The notes beneath the pieces are model-generated. The model saw only the letters and a list, made by a program, of their open reading frames with translations. It was not told where the DNA came from and ran no database searches. Shown in pieces: positions 27,998-37,884 of a stretch of 64,000 nt of DNA. Made by a program: the position numbers and the translations under genes. The first letter of the stretch is position 1. Each line of letters opens with the position of its first letter. Source of the DNA: Planctomycetota bacterium (GTDB taxonomy: Bacteria > Planctomycetota > GCA-002687715); NCBI GenBank assembly GCA_009691765.1, contig SIAO01000004.1:85419-149418 (forward strand), given 5' to 3'.

Positions 27998-29293
27998 TTA
28001 CGGGTAGATGCGGTTGAGCGTGCGCGGGAACGGAATGCACTCGCGCACGTGTTCACGGCCGCAGATCCACGCAACGGTGCGTTCCAATCCGAGACCGAAA
28101 CCTCCGTGCGGAACGCTGCCGTAGCGGCGCAGGTCGAGATACCACGCAAACGATTCCTCGGGCAAACCGTGGGCCTTGATGCGCCCGAGCAGCACATCGA
28201 GATCGTCTTCGCGCTGACTGCCGCCCGCGAGTTCGCCGGAGCCTTCCGGCCCGATCATGTCCATGCCTAACGCAAAGCGACCTGTGGCTGCGTCACGCTT
28301 CATGTAGAAGGCCTTCACTTCGTGCGGCCAACTGTGCACCATCACCGGCATGCCGAAATGTTCGCCGAGAGCGGTCTCGTCAGGGGCGCCTAGGTCGTTG
28401 CCGTAGACAAAGCCCGTACCGAGTTTTTGCAACAACGCAGCCGCTTCGTCGTAAGTGATGCGCGGGAACGGCGCCTTGATGCACTCGAGCTTGCTGACAT
28501 CGCGTTCGAGATCCGCAAGATCTTTGCGGTGATGCTTCAAGACCTCAGCGACCACGGAACACACCAACCCTTCCGCGAGATTCATCACATCTGCGAGCGT
28601 TGCGTAGGCCACTTCCGGCTCCACCATCCAAAATTCTGTGAGATGGCGGCGCGTCTTGCTTTTCTCCGCACGGAACACGGGCCCGAACACATAGATCTTG
28701 CCGAGCGCCATGGCCGCGGCTTCGCCGTAGAGCTGACCGCTCTGCGTCAAATAGGCCTTGGCTTCATCGAAGTAGTTCACTTCGAACAGTGTGGAAGTGC
28801 CTTCGCAAGCGTTCGGCGTGAAGATGGGTGCGTCCATCAAAGTGAAATCGCGATCATCGAAATAGTCGCGGATGGCCCGCACCACGCGACTACGGATGCG
28901 CATAACTGCGGCTTGCTTCTTACTGCGCAGCCACAGATGCCGGTGAGTCATCAAAAAATCCGGACCGTGCTCTTGGTGCGCGATCGGGTAATCCTTCACA
29001 TCCTGCAAAACTTGCAGGTCTTGCAAGCCGAGTTCGTACCCGCCAGGGGCACGCGCGTCTTCGCGCACCACACCCGTGACAATCACCGACGACTCTTGGC
29101 CGATGCGCCCGGCCACATCAAAGAGCTCGTCAGCAACCTCGCCTTTCATAACCACGCTTTGCACGATGCCCGTGCCGTCGCGCAACAACAAAAAGTGCAG
29201 TTTGCCTTTGGAACGGCGGCTATAGAGCCAGCCCTTCAAGACCACCACCTTGCCCACGTGGGCGCCAAAATCGCGGATGTAGACCTGTGACAT
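27998..29293 (-). CDS. asnS: asparagine--tRNA ligase
   Basis: Class II aaRS motifs FRAE and GLGLER. Near-colinear with Thermus-type AsnRS across its full length (431 aa). Confidence 0.85.
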   Translation of the reverse strand: MSQVYIRDFGAHVGKVVVLKGWLYSRRSKGKLHFLLLRDGTGIVQSVVMKGEVADELFDVAGRIGQESSVIVTGVVREDARAPGGYELGLQDLQVLQDVKDYPIAHQEHGPDFLMTHRHLWLRSKKQAAVMRIRSRVVRAIRDYFDDRDFTLMDAPIFTPNACEGTSTLFEVNYFDEAKAYLTQSGQLYGEAAAMALGKIYVFGPVFRAEKSKTRRHLTEFWMVEPEVAYATLADVMNLAEGLVCSVVAEVLKHHRKDLADLERDVSKLECIKAPFPRITYDEAAALLQKLGTGFVYGNDLGAPDETALGEHFGMPVMVHSWPHEVKAFYMKRDAATGRFALGMDMIGPEGSGELAGGSQREDDLDVLLGRIKAHGLPEESFAWYLDLRRYGSVPHGGFGLGLERTVAWICGREHVRECIPFPRTLNRIYP

Positions 29294-29302
29294 GGTTGTG
29301 CA

Positions 29303-29830
29303 TCAGGGGAACAGGAAAGTTGGTGCGGTCATGCTGGCCGTAGCCACAGCATCATCTTTGATGAGGATCGCACCGTACCGAGTTTGATCGCCATGAGCGG
29401 CGCTCACAAGGAAGCGTTCACCGCCATCGCGTGCTTCGCGCTTCAAGAAGACGATACTGGCGTAGCCTTCAGCCACGAGCCAGCGACGTGCGATGTCTTC
29501 AGCCTCGGGTGGTGTTGCTGCGCCGCGCTCGACCGCATAACGCAGGTCCTTGCGCACTTCTTTCAACTCGCCGCGCAACGTCTCAACAGCCGCCAGCGCA
29601 TCGCGTTGAGCAACGCGCACCTCTGCGAGCAGGCGCTGCACCTCGCCGTCAGGTGTCGAAGGCACGACCACCGGTGGCCGCGCCACCAAGTCATTCAAGC
29701 GCCGCTCCACACCCTCGATGCGTTCCGCTGTGTTCATGCGCACGCGCTTCATGGCCTCGATCTGCCGCCAAAGCAGAGCTACGCCCACGACCAGCGCGAC
29801 GAACAAAACGATGTCCATGACAGGCGGCAT
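29303..29830 (-). CDS. membrane-anchored hypothetical protein
   Basis: N-terminal TM helix followed by a coiled-coil/charged region. Forms a 3-gene minus-strand run with asnS. Confidence 0.45.
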   Translation of the reverse strand: MPPVMDIVLFVALVVGVALLWRQIEAMKRVRMNTAERIEGVERRLNDLVARPPVVVPSTPDGEVQRLLAEVRVAQRDALAAVETLRGELKEVRKDLRYAVERGAATPPEAEDIARRWLVAEGYASIVFLKREARDGGERFLVSAAHGDQTRYGAILIKDDAVATASMTAPTFLFP

Positions 29831-30031
29831 GGCGCCAGCGTAGCAAGCTCAGGTTCCGCATGCCCTGAGGGGGTGGAGCATTCCGTCCGCCGGGGCAAAA
29901 GTGAGCGCGAGTAGAGCATGGTCCTGTGGGGGTGGATCATTTCGTTCGAGGCCGCCGAGCCGAAATGCGGAACCCCTTCAGGACATACGCAACCCACGTG
30001 AACTAGCATGTTCGCGCCGTATGCTGCCGAC

Positions 30032-31411
30032 ATGCGCATCCTGAACTTGCTCGCCCTCGGTCTCTTCACTAGCTTGTTGTGCGCGCAACCGGGCATGGAG
30101 CTGTATAGGCAGCAGTGTTCGGCGTGCCACGGCGAGCGCGGGAGAGGTGACGGACCCGCAGCGCGCTTCCTCGACCCGAAACCCCGCGACTTTCGCAGCG
30201 GCTATTTCCGCTTCATTTCTGCCAGCAACTCGGTGCCAACCGATGGTGATCTTTGGGAAGCCATCTCAGCCGGGCTGCCGGGCTCGGCGATGCTCTCTTT
30301 CGCACACCTTCCTCCGGAGCAGCGCACCATGCTCGTGGACATCGTTCGCGGATTCCGCCGTGACGGGCTGCGCGAGCGCTTCGCAACCGCGATCCAAGAC
30401 CCTGCTGCCCTTGAAGCTGCTGTGCTTGAAGCCGACACGCCAGGGCCGCTCGTAGACATGCCGGCGGAAACGCCGAACACCGTCGATGCACGCGCCAACG
30501 GTGCGCTGCTCTTCACACGGCTCTGTTCCGCATGTCATGGCGCTGATGGACGCGGCGTCTACGACCCCGCGCGGCTCACGGCAGAAGGTGATGTCGCGCA
30601 GCCTCGCGACCTCACTCGCGGCGTGCTCAAGGGCGGCGTTGAAGATGTGCGGCTATGGCAGCGCATTCGTGCGGGCATTCCCGGAACGCCCATGCCAGCA
30701 GTGCCGCAGCGCGAACTCTCCGATGCTGACACATGGGACTTGGTCCACTATGTCCAGGCTCTCATTCCGCGTGGCCAACAAGAGCTCCACGACCCGATGC
30801 CATGGACCATCGCAGTGCCGCGCCACAAGGGAACGCTGCCGACCAGCGCCGACGATCCGGCCTTCGCAGCGCTCAAACCCACGTGGGTCGCGTTGGCGCC
30901 GTTTCAGAGCCACACTCGCACCGTCGAAGGCGTGTCGGTGCGCGCGCTCCACGATGGCGAACACATCGCGCTGCGTCTCGAGTATGCCGACCGCACCTAC
31001 GATGTCGCTGGCGCCAAAGCGGTTGCACCCGATGGCGTAGCCGTACGCGTCACGAGCACCGCTGTGCCGCCGGTTTTGCCTATTCCAGGTAGCCCTTTGC
31101 CTGTAGACCGCGCGCTGTGGTTGGCGAGCGCCAAGCCCGCAGCGGACGACCCTGTGTTCGACAAGCTCACGCCGCGTTTCGAAAACCCTGACGGTGTGTG
31201 CCGCTCGCCCATCGGCCCCGAGCATGTCGGCCGCGCACAATGGCGCGATGGTGTTTGGACCGTGCTGATGGTGTTGCGACCGGAGCGCGCAGGGCACATT
31301 GCAGAAACCGTGAACATGCCCGTGAGCTTCGCGATCTTTGATGGCAGCGTTGCGCGCGGCCCACTGCCAGCAGCGTTTTCGCATTGGCAACGCTTGCACT
31401 TCGAGCGCTGA
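30032..31411 (+). CDS. diheme class I c-type cytochrome with C-terminal uncharacterised domain
   Basis: Signal peptide and two CSACHG (CxxCH) heme-binding motifs about 140 aa apart, plus a C-terminal domain of ~200 aa with no recognisable family. Confidence 0.7.
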   Translation: MRILNLLALGLFTSLLCAQPGMELYRQQCSACHGERGRGDGPAARFLDPKPRDFRSGYFRFISASNSVPTDGDLWEAISAGLPGSAMLSFAHLPPEQRTMLVDIVRGFRRDGLRERFATAIQDPAALEAAVLEADTPGPLVDMPAETPNTVDARANGALLFTRLCSACHGADGRGVYDPARLTAEGDVAQPRDLTRGVLKGGVEDVRLWQRIRAGIPGTPMPAVPQRELSDADTWDLVHYVQALIPRGQQELHDPMPWTIAVPRHKGTLPTSADDPAFAALKPTWVALAPFQSHTRTVEGVSVRALHDGEHIALRLEYADRTYDVAGAKAVAPDGVAVRVTSTAVPPVLPIPGSPLPVDRALWLASAKPAADDPVFDKLTPRFENPDGVCRSPIGPEHVGRAQWRDGVWTVLMVLRPERAGHIAETVNMPVSFAIFDGSVARGPLPAAFSHWQRLHFER

Positions 31412-31412
31412 C

Positions 31413-32615
31413 CTAACGCGGAGCTTGCACGAAAGCTGCTACCGCCTTGGCGATCACTGCTGCAGCTCGTTCGTTGGGATGCCCTGTGCCATTCACGAAC
31501 AGAGCTGCCGTGTCTTCACCTTGCTGCAAGGCCGCGAGCAGTGGCGGGCCCAAGTCTTCAAAAGGCAGATTCTTGTTGCGAAGAAGGTGCATGAGTGGCT
31601 CGAACACCGAAGGCGTTCCGCTTGCGTAGCGGGGCAAGTCATCGGCCTGTGGCAACAACAGCACCAAGGGCTGCACACCAGCGGCGCGCATGTTGCTGAC
31701 GAAGCGTTCAAGGATGGCTGCTGTGATCTGCACGGCTTCTCCACCGCTGCCACAAAGCCGTTGCAACTCTTCGTGCCGCTCACGGTGTTCGCGACGCGAA
31801 CGCATGTAGCGGCTAAAACGCGAAGCATCGCTCCATGGATCTGCGTAGAACCCCGGGCGAAAACAAAGATCGATTTCAGCGAAAGAGCTTTGCTCGAAGG
31901 CGCGCACTGTCGCAGCGACCTCAGGCACCGGCACTGTGGGTTGATTCAACACTTCGAGCGCGTTGCTGCGCAGCGCGAAGCGTGGTTTGGTCCATGGGAA
32001 ATCGGTCCAGTGCAAATAGAACGCTCGCACGATGTTCACATTGCGTAGCAAGTCGTCGCGGCACAGGGCCAGCACGGCGTACTTCGGATGCAACTTGGGC
32101 AACAACATTTCCGCTCGCAATAGCGCTTGATCCGTGCCGTAACCTGAAACGCCGGCGTTGTGCACCCTGTGCTCGGTCCCAAGGAGTTGCTGCAACTGCG
32201 CACTCCACGTGGAAACCCAAGGCAACTCGTCGCCGTGCGTGAAGGAATCTCCCGCGAGCAACACCGCAGCGGCCGTCGCAGACGGTTGAACCACATTGGT
32301 CGCGGCACTCGCTGCGTCAGCGCAACGCAGGCCCAACGCATCAGCGCAGAACAAGCCGTCGACCGAGCGCCCACTCGCTTTGATGGTCCAGCCCAAGTGC
32401 GCGTCAGCAATGATGTAGTCGGAGACATTGGGAGCGCGCAGAAGTGTCGCTTCATGTGCTGCTGTCAGGCGTTCGAACGGCAGCAGTTTCAAACCAAACA
32501 GTGTTGCGTGACCTTCCACATTGCGCGTGAGCACACGTAACCCGAGCTCGAGCAACAAGACGCTGAACAGAACTGCAAACACGATGCGCAATACGAGACC
32601 GCGGCGGATTTTCAT
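31413..32615 (-). CDS. membrane-anchored SGNH/GDSL-like hydrolase (AlgX/AlgJ-like)
   Basis: N-terminal TM and a GDSFTHG block. Start MKIRRG at 32615 sits right after the upstream stop. Confidence 0.55.
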   Translation of the reverse strand: MKIRRGLVLRIVFAVLFSVLLLELGLRVLTRNVEGHATLFGLKLLPFERLTAAHEATLLRAPNVSDYIIADAHLGWTIKASGRSVDGLFCADALGLRCADAASAATNVVQPSATAAAVLLAGDSFTHGDELPWVSTWSAQLQQLLGTEHRVHNAGVSGYGTDQALLRAEMLLPKLHPKYAVLALCRDDLLRNVNIVRAFYLHWTDFPWTKPRFALRSNALEVLNQPTVPVPEVAATVRAFEQSSFAEIDLCFRPGFYADPWSDASRFSRYMRSRREHRERHEELQRLCGSGGEAVQITAAILERFVSNMRAAGVQPLVLLLPQADDLPRYASGTPSVFEPLMHLLRNKNLPFEDLGPPLLAALQQGEDTAALFVNGTGHPNERAAAVIAKAVAAFVQAPR

Positions 32616-33994
32616 GCACGCCTCCATGCACGCAGGCGCAAGAGCAACCAAAGCACACACAACAAACCGCAAAGTAGAAGCAGCGTTCGCGACCATGAAG
32701 CCACTGAATCAGCGCGCTGCGTGGGGGCCGTGAAGCTATCAAACTGCACTCGTGCTCCAGCGCTGGCGTCCGCGTCGAGGACGCCCTTGGACTGCCATGC
32801 TTGCTGTGGACGCAACAAAGCCAATAAGTCGGCACACAACAATGGCAGCGCCGCCGTTCCGTCCAGAGTGGCGGGATCTGCGAGCAGAACGAACTCCTCT
32901 GCGCGGCGCACCAGCAACGGCGCGGCTCCATGCGTGAGCAATGTGTCCACTTCTTTCGGAGCCGCCGCCAAAGCGAGCGTCAGCATTTCGCCAGCACAAG
33001 CATGCGCCGCCGAACCCGCCAACACTGCCTCCCGCGGGGCAGCCGTCGCGGCCTTGTGCACCACGAGCCGATGAGTGCCAGCACCAGCACCCACACGCAA
33101 ATCACACAGGCCATCTCCGCGCTGCAAGATCACTCTCTCTTGAGCAGCAAACGCCTTGTGCAACGCTTCTTCTCCGCGCAACGGAAGTCCGATGCGCAAC
33201 GGTTGTGCGGAAACACTAAGCTCAGCAGCATCGTCGTCGGGCAGTGCATCTGCGGGTTCGATGCGCGCCACAATCACCTCGCCTAGGGCAGGATGCACAT
33301 TCGCAACAATCTCAGTGCGACGCGGTTTGTCCAACGGAAACTCGAGCAGGGGCTTTTCGATGCCAGCACTGTTGCGCAAAACCACATGCACTGTTCGCGC
33401 CACACCTACGCCGCGTTGCGCCGCGCTGATGAGCAGCCGCCCTTCACTATCGAGCCCCAAAGCTGTGATGCCTGCATTGGGTTGGTCGTCTCCGACAAGC
33501 ACGAGGCCAACACCCTTGGGCACAGCACTCGGTGCTTGGTCAAGAACCAGCACCACTTGCTCCCCTGCCGCAACGTGCTGGGCACAGTCACGCACTGGGT
33601 CTTGCACATGCAACACGCGCCGCGGCACGCCCAACCTCACTTCAACAGTTCTCAACGCACGCACTGCGGCCGTCTCGCCTTTGAGGCATGTCAGCAAACT
33701 CGCGCGCTGGCTGACGAGAACCGTCAGTGGTGCCGCTGCACCCGTGGACTGCATTCCCGCAAGTGAGAGCAACGCTGCCAGCAGCGCCGCGAACAAGATC
33801 CCATGCTGCCAACGCACACGCCATGCGTGTTGCGCAGGGCACGAACGCAGCGCTCGTTCGAGCAACAAGTGTGTTGTGAGCAGCTTGCGTTTGGGCCGCG
33901 AATTCACCCACAGCAGTAGCACCGCAGGCAACAACAACCACAGCCATTCGGGGCGCGCAAAACTCACGCAAGCACTCCGCCACGCCGAGCGCAA
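32612..33994 (-). CDS. BatA-like protein with N-terminal double-transmembrane domain
   Basis: N-terminal PEWLWLLLPAVLLLW...RPKRK is a BatA_N-type anchor, and there is a C-terminal TM. Lies downstream of the DUF58 gene. Confidence 0.5.
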   Translation of the reverse strand: MRSAWRSACVSFARPEWLWLLLPAVLLLWVNSRPKRKLLTTHLLLERALRSCPAQHAWRVRWQHGILFAALLAALLSLAGMQSTGAAAPLTVLVSQRASLLTCLKGETAAVRALRTVEVRLGVPRRVLHVQDPVRDCAQHVAAGEQVVLVLDQAPSAVPKGVGLVLVGDDQPNAGITALGLDSEGRLLISAAQRGVGVARTVHVVLRNSAGIEKPLLEFPLDKPRRTEIVANVHPALGEVIVARIEPADALPDDDAAELSVSAQPLRIGLPLRGEEALHKAFAAQERVILQRGDGLCDLRVGAGAGTHRLVVHKAATAAPREAVLAGSAAHACAGEMLTLALAAAPKEVDTLLTHGAAPLLVRRAEEFVLLADPATLDGTAALPLLCADLLALLRPQQAWQSKGVLDADASAGARVQFDSFTAPTQRADSVASWSRTLLLLCGLLCVLWLLLRLRAWRRA

Positions 33995-34821
33995 TGTTGC
34001 ACAGCGTGCTCGAACGGTTGGGCATCACTCTGGTGCACGCAACCCACGCGATGAGCCCGCGCCAGAACAGACACATCTTCTTCATGTTGCGTCAAAGCAG
34101 CGAGATAGGCATTCTGCAAGTTGCTGTCTACGGTCGCATCGAAGGGCGCTTCACCTTCGGCACCTTGGATGGAGTAACGGCCCTCTTCCAAGTGACGCTC
34201 CGCGTCCGCCGAGACCACCACCACAACAGCATCGTCTGAACGACCCAGCGCTGCAAACGCGGCTGCAGGCAAAGGAGCGACGAGCGCGTCTGTCAGCAAG
34301 AACGCAGCGCGACCAGCGGCGCTACGTGGCGGCAAGCGCTCGATACTGCCAAGCCACGTGCGCCCAGCAGGCGCTTCGAGATTCTCGACCGTACGGAACA
34401 ACGCATTGAGGCGGTTCTCGCCGCGCCAACGCCCAAGCGTGATGAGCCCGCCTTCGCCAGGCAAGCACAGCACCACTTCGCTTCCAGCCACAAGTCCGAG
34501 AAATCCGAGAGCCACAGTCAATTCGCGGCTGATGCGATCCTTGCCACCCGCTGCATCGAGCATGGAACCAGAACGATCGAGCAGCAACAAAACTTCGGGT
34601 GCTTCGCCGCGCCCAAACTCTTTCACATGCAGTTGGTCGAGACGCGCAAAGATGTTCCAATCCACACGGCGCAGATCATCGCCCTGAACAAAAGGGCGAT
34701 GACCGCGGAATTCGCTTTGACCGCCGGGCAGTGCAGCTCCTTGACCACCGCCTCCTTGACGGAGCAAACGCGGCAATCCCAACACTCTGGCGCGAAAATC
34801 TGCAGGGAACGCGAAGGCCAT
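33964..34821 (-). CDS. DUF58 domain protein (MoxR-associated family)
   Basis: EFRGHRPFVQGDDLRRVDWNIFAR signature, followed by a degenerate VWA-like region. Confidence 0.7.
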   Translation of the reverse strand: MAFAFPADFRARVLGLPRLLRQGGGGQGAALPGGQSEFRGHRPFVQGDDLRRVDWNIFARLDQLHVKEFGRGEAPEVLLLLDRSGSMLDAAGGKDRISRELTVALGFLGLVAGSEVVLCLPGEGGLITLGRWRGENRLNALFRTVENLEAPAGRTWLGSIERLPPRSAAGRAAFLLTDALVAPLPAAAFAALGRSDDAVVVVVSADAERHLEEGRYSIQGAEGEAPFDATVDSNLQNAYLAALTQHEEDVSVLARAHRVGCVHQSDAQPFEHAVQHCARRGGVLA

Positions 34822-34871
34822 GACGGCATCGTACCGACCGCAGCGCTGCTGCGCGGCGGCAGCGTGGCCGC

Positions 34872-36770
34872 TCAGCGCGCAACTTTGCTGAGCAGGGTCT
34901 CGCGAATCCGCTGAGCAATCCCAGTCGGATCAAGGCGCAATTCCACCAAAAGCTCTGCGCGTGTGCCGTGGGGCACCAGGGCATCAGGCAATGCGATAGG
35001 ACGAATGCGTTCTGCTCCGTAGCCCAGCATGGCGCATTCTTCGAGCGCAGCGGCTGCGAATCCGCCACGAATGGTGTGTTCTTCCAAAGTGAACACGTGC
35101 TGATAACGCGTGCACAGCTCGCCGAGAGTTTTGGTGTCCATGGGGCGCACGAAGCGCGCATTCACGACCGTAATGTGGATGCCTTCGCGTGCCAGGATTT
35201 CGGCGGCTTCCATGGCTGGATAGACCATGTGACCGAGCGCGAAAACGGCAGCATCAGCGCCAGTGCAGAGCGTTTCGGAAAGGCCCGCGAGCATTTCGCG
35301 ACGCACGGGGTACTCCTGCGCAAGGTCTGGAGCTGCCGCGCGCGGATAGCGGATGGCCGCAGCCTGCCCGCAATCGAGCGCGAGATCAAACATGGCTGCG
35401 AACTCGCTCGCATCGCGTGGCGCCATCACCATGATGTTTGGGAATGTGCGCATGTAGGCAATGTCGTAGCTGCCGTTGTGCGTCGCGCCGTCGGGGCCCA
35501 CGACGCCGGCGCGATCCACACAGAAGACCACAGGGAGATTATTCAGCGACACTTCATGGAACACCTGATCGAAAGCGCGTTGCAGGAAAGTGCTGAAGAT
35601 GGCGCAGACCGGCTTCTTGCCTGCTTTGGCCAAGCCCGCTGCGAACGCCACAGCGTGTTGCTCGCAAATGCCGACATCATAGGTGCGCTTCGGAAACACT
35701 TTCTTGAAACGCGTCACGGCAGTGTTGTCCGGCATCGCAGCCGTAATCACCTCGAGCGCTTCGTCGCGCTGGCCGCGAGCGATAGCCACATCCGCAAACA
35801 CATCGCTCCAATTGCGTGTTCCTTGACGGACATACTCTTGCGGCGCAGGTACTGAGGGTGCCAACTTCGGAGAAACACCATGCCACTTGATGGGGTCTTT
35901 GATCGCGTCCGGATGCCCATGTCCCTTTTCAGTGATCACGTGCAGCAAACGGAAGCCCTTCTGGCGCTTCATGTCGGAGAGGATTGCGATGAGGTGCTTC
36001 AAGTCGTGGCCGTTGACCGGCCCGAAATAGCGCGGACCTAACGCTTCAAAGAAATATCCAGGCTTGATGGCTGAGAGCACTGCGTCGCGTGCATCGACGA
36101 GGTCATGGTCGATGCGCTCGCCTACCATAGGGATGGCCTGAATGAAGCGGTGCGCCGTTTCCTTTAACTCGTTATAGAAACTGCCCGCACGCACACGCGA
36201 GAGGTATTCGCTGAAAGCCCCCACCGACTTCGAGATGCTCATCTCGTTGTCATTGAGGATGACGAGCACGTCTTTTTGCAGCTCGCCACCGTGGTTCAGC
36301 GCCTCGAAGGCAACGCCGGTGGCAATCGAGGCATCGCCAACGACTGCAACAAACTTGCGCCCATTGTCCTTGTCTGGGTCTTCCGCGGCCGCCATGCCCA
36401 ACGCTGTTGAAATCGCCGTGCCTGCATGAGCGAAGTGGAACAAGTCGTAGGGACTCTCAGCAGGATTTGTGTATCCGGCGAGCCCGTGCCGCTGACGAAT
36501 GGTGTGAAAGCTATCGCGCCGACCCGTGAGAATTTTGTGCGGGTAGCACTGATGTGAAACATCGAAGATCAAACGGTCGTGGAGGAAATCAAACACGCAA
36601 TGCAGTGCGATGGTGAGTTCCACGACGCCGAGGCCGCTCGCAAGATGCCCGCCATTCTTGGCAAGCGTTGTGCAGATCAGTTCCCGAATCTCTGCCGCAA
36701 CAACTGGCAGATCTTCCACCGGAAGCGCGCGGAGATCAGCGGGGTCATTGATGCGTTGCAGGATTCCCAT
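34872..36770 (-). CDS. dxs: 1-deoxy-D-xylulose-5-phosphate synthase
   Basis: 632 aa with the GHxxxSxSA TPP motif (GHLASGLG) and transketolase-like domains. Confidence 0.95.
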   Translation of the reverse strand: MGILQRINDPADLRALPVEDLPVVAAEIRELICTTLAKNGGHLASGLGVVELTIALHCVFDFLHDRLIFDVSHQCYPHKILTGRRDSFHTIRQRHGLAGYTNPAESPYDLFHFAHAGTAISTALGMAAAEDPDKDNGRKFVAVVGDASIATGVAFEALNHGGELQKDVLVILNDNEMSISKSVGAFSEYLSRVRAGSFYNELKETAHRFIQAIPMVGERIDHDLVDARDAVLSAIKPGYFFEALGPRYFGPVNGHDLKHLIAILSDMKRQKGFRLLHVITEKGHGHPDAIKDPIKWHGVSPKLAPSVPAPQEYVRQGTRNWSDVFADVAIARGQRDEALEVITAAMPDNTAVTRFKKVFPKRTYDVGICEQHAVAFAAGLAKAGKKPVCAIFSTFLQRAFDQVFHEVSLNNLPVVFCVDRAGVVGPDGATHNGSYDIAYMRTFPNIMVMAPRDASEFAAMFDLALDCGQAAAIRYPRAAAPDLAQEYPVRREMLAGLSETLCTGADAAVFALGHMVYPAMEAAEILAREGIHITVVNARFVRPMDTKTLGELCTRYQHVFTLEEHTIRGGFAAAALEECAMLGYGAERIRPIALPDALVPHGTRAELLVELRLDPTGIAQRIRETLLSKVAR

Positions 36771-37669
36771 CAGTGATTCCTCCCCGTGATGAACAAAGCC
36801 AATGCACGCAACACACCTTGCGGATCATGCGGCGTGATGACATCCACGGCTTCTTGCACCAAGCGTTGCGCATCTTGTCGCGCAACTTCCTCCCCGACCA
36901 CTCTTGGCCAAGTGAGTTTGCCGCGCTCAAGGTCTTTGCGTGTGCGCTTGCCGACTTGTTCCGCCGTCGCAGTGATGTCCAACAAGTCGTCCGTGATTTG
37001 AAAAGCGATTCCGATGCGTTCGCCGTACTGCACCATGGCTCGTGTGCAGGCCGCATCCGCGCGCGCGCACACCGCCCCCATCTCGCAGCTCGCACGGATG
37101 AGCGCAGCCGTCTTGCGGCGATGAATTTCCTCGACGGCCGCGATATTCGGTTGCGACCCCTCAGCCAGCAAATCCAGCACTTGGCCACCGATCATGCCTT
37201 GCGTGCCCGTGGCCCGACCAAGAATGACGATGAGCGGCGCCACAAGGTCTTGCTGCGGAGTTTCACGCGCGATGATTTCGAAAGCGAGGCAAGCGAGTGC
37301 ATCACCAGCGAGGATGGCCGTGGCTTCCCCGAAACGCACATGGTTGGTGGGCAATCCGCGGCGCAAATCGTCGTCGTCCATGGCGGGCAAATCGTCATGC
37401 ACGAGACTGAAGGCGTGAATCAGTTCGAGGGCTGCCGCGCTCGGCAACAAAGTGGCGCTGTCCGCACCACACGCGCGACCCGCAGCGAGGAGCAACGCAG
37501 GCCGCAAGCGTTTGCCGGGTGCGAGCGCAGACCAACGCATTGATTCATGAATGATGCCGGGCACCGACGAAGGCCCCGGGAGCCAGCGTTCGAGCGCTGC
37601 ATCCACTTCTTTCGCCGCGGCGGCTACGAAGCCTGCTGTGTCAATGTCCTTGATGATCGCCATCGGCAT
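36770..37669 (-). CDS. ispA: farnesyl/geranylgeranyl diphosphate synthase
   Basis: FARM LVHDDLPAMDDDDLRRG and SARM FQITDDLLD motifs. The stop overlaps the dxs start. Confidence 0.9.
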   Translation of the reverse strand: MPMAIIKDIDTAGFVAAAAKEVDAALERWLPGPSSVPGIIHESMRWSALAPGKRLRPALLLAAGRACGADSATLLPSAAALELIHAFSLVHDDLPAMDDDDLRRGLPTNHVRFGEATAILAGDALACLAFEIIARETPQQDLVAPLIVILGRATGTQGMIGGQVLDLLAEGSQPNIAAVEEIHRRKTAALIRASCEMGAVCARADAACTRAMVQYGERIGIAFQITDDLLDITATAEQVGKRTRKDLERGKLTWPRVVGEEVARQDAQRLVQEAVDVITPHDPQGVLRALALFITGRNH

Positions 37670-37880
37670 CAGCGGGAGTTTCTGTGTCTCGCGTAAGAGT
37701 TTCGAGTCGCTGTTCGTAGGCCGCAAGTTCGGCCACGAGCTCTTGATGCAAACGCCGACCCTCTTCAAAACGCGCGACCGAATCTTCGAGGCTCAGAGTT
37801 CCTGCATCCAACTGCTGCACAATGGCAGCCAGCTCGTCTTGCCGTGCTTGGAATGACTTCTTAGATGTTTCCTTGGGCAT
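37641..37880 (-). CDS. xseB: exodeoxyribonuclease VII small subunit
   Basis: About 80 aa, SFQARQDELAAIVQQLDAGTLSLEDSVARFEEG. Internal start at 37880, 5 nt after the xseA stop. Confidence 0.85.
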   Translation of the reverse strand: MPKETSKKSFQARQDELAAIVQQLDAGTLSLEDSVARFEEGRRLHQELVAELAAYEQRLETLTRDTETPADADGDHQGH

Positions 37881-37884
37881 GGCG

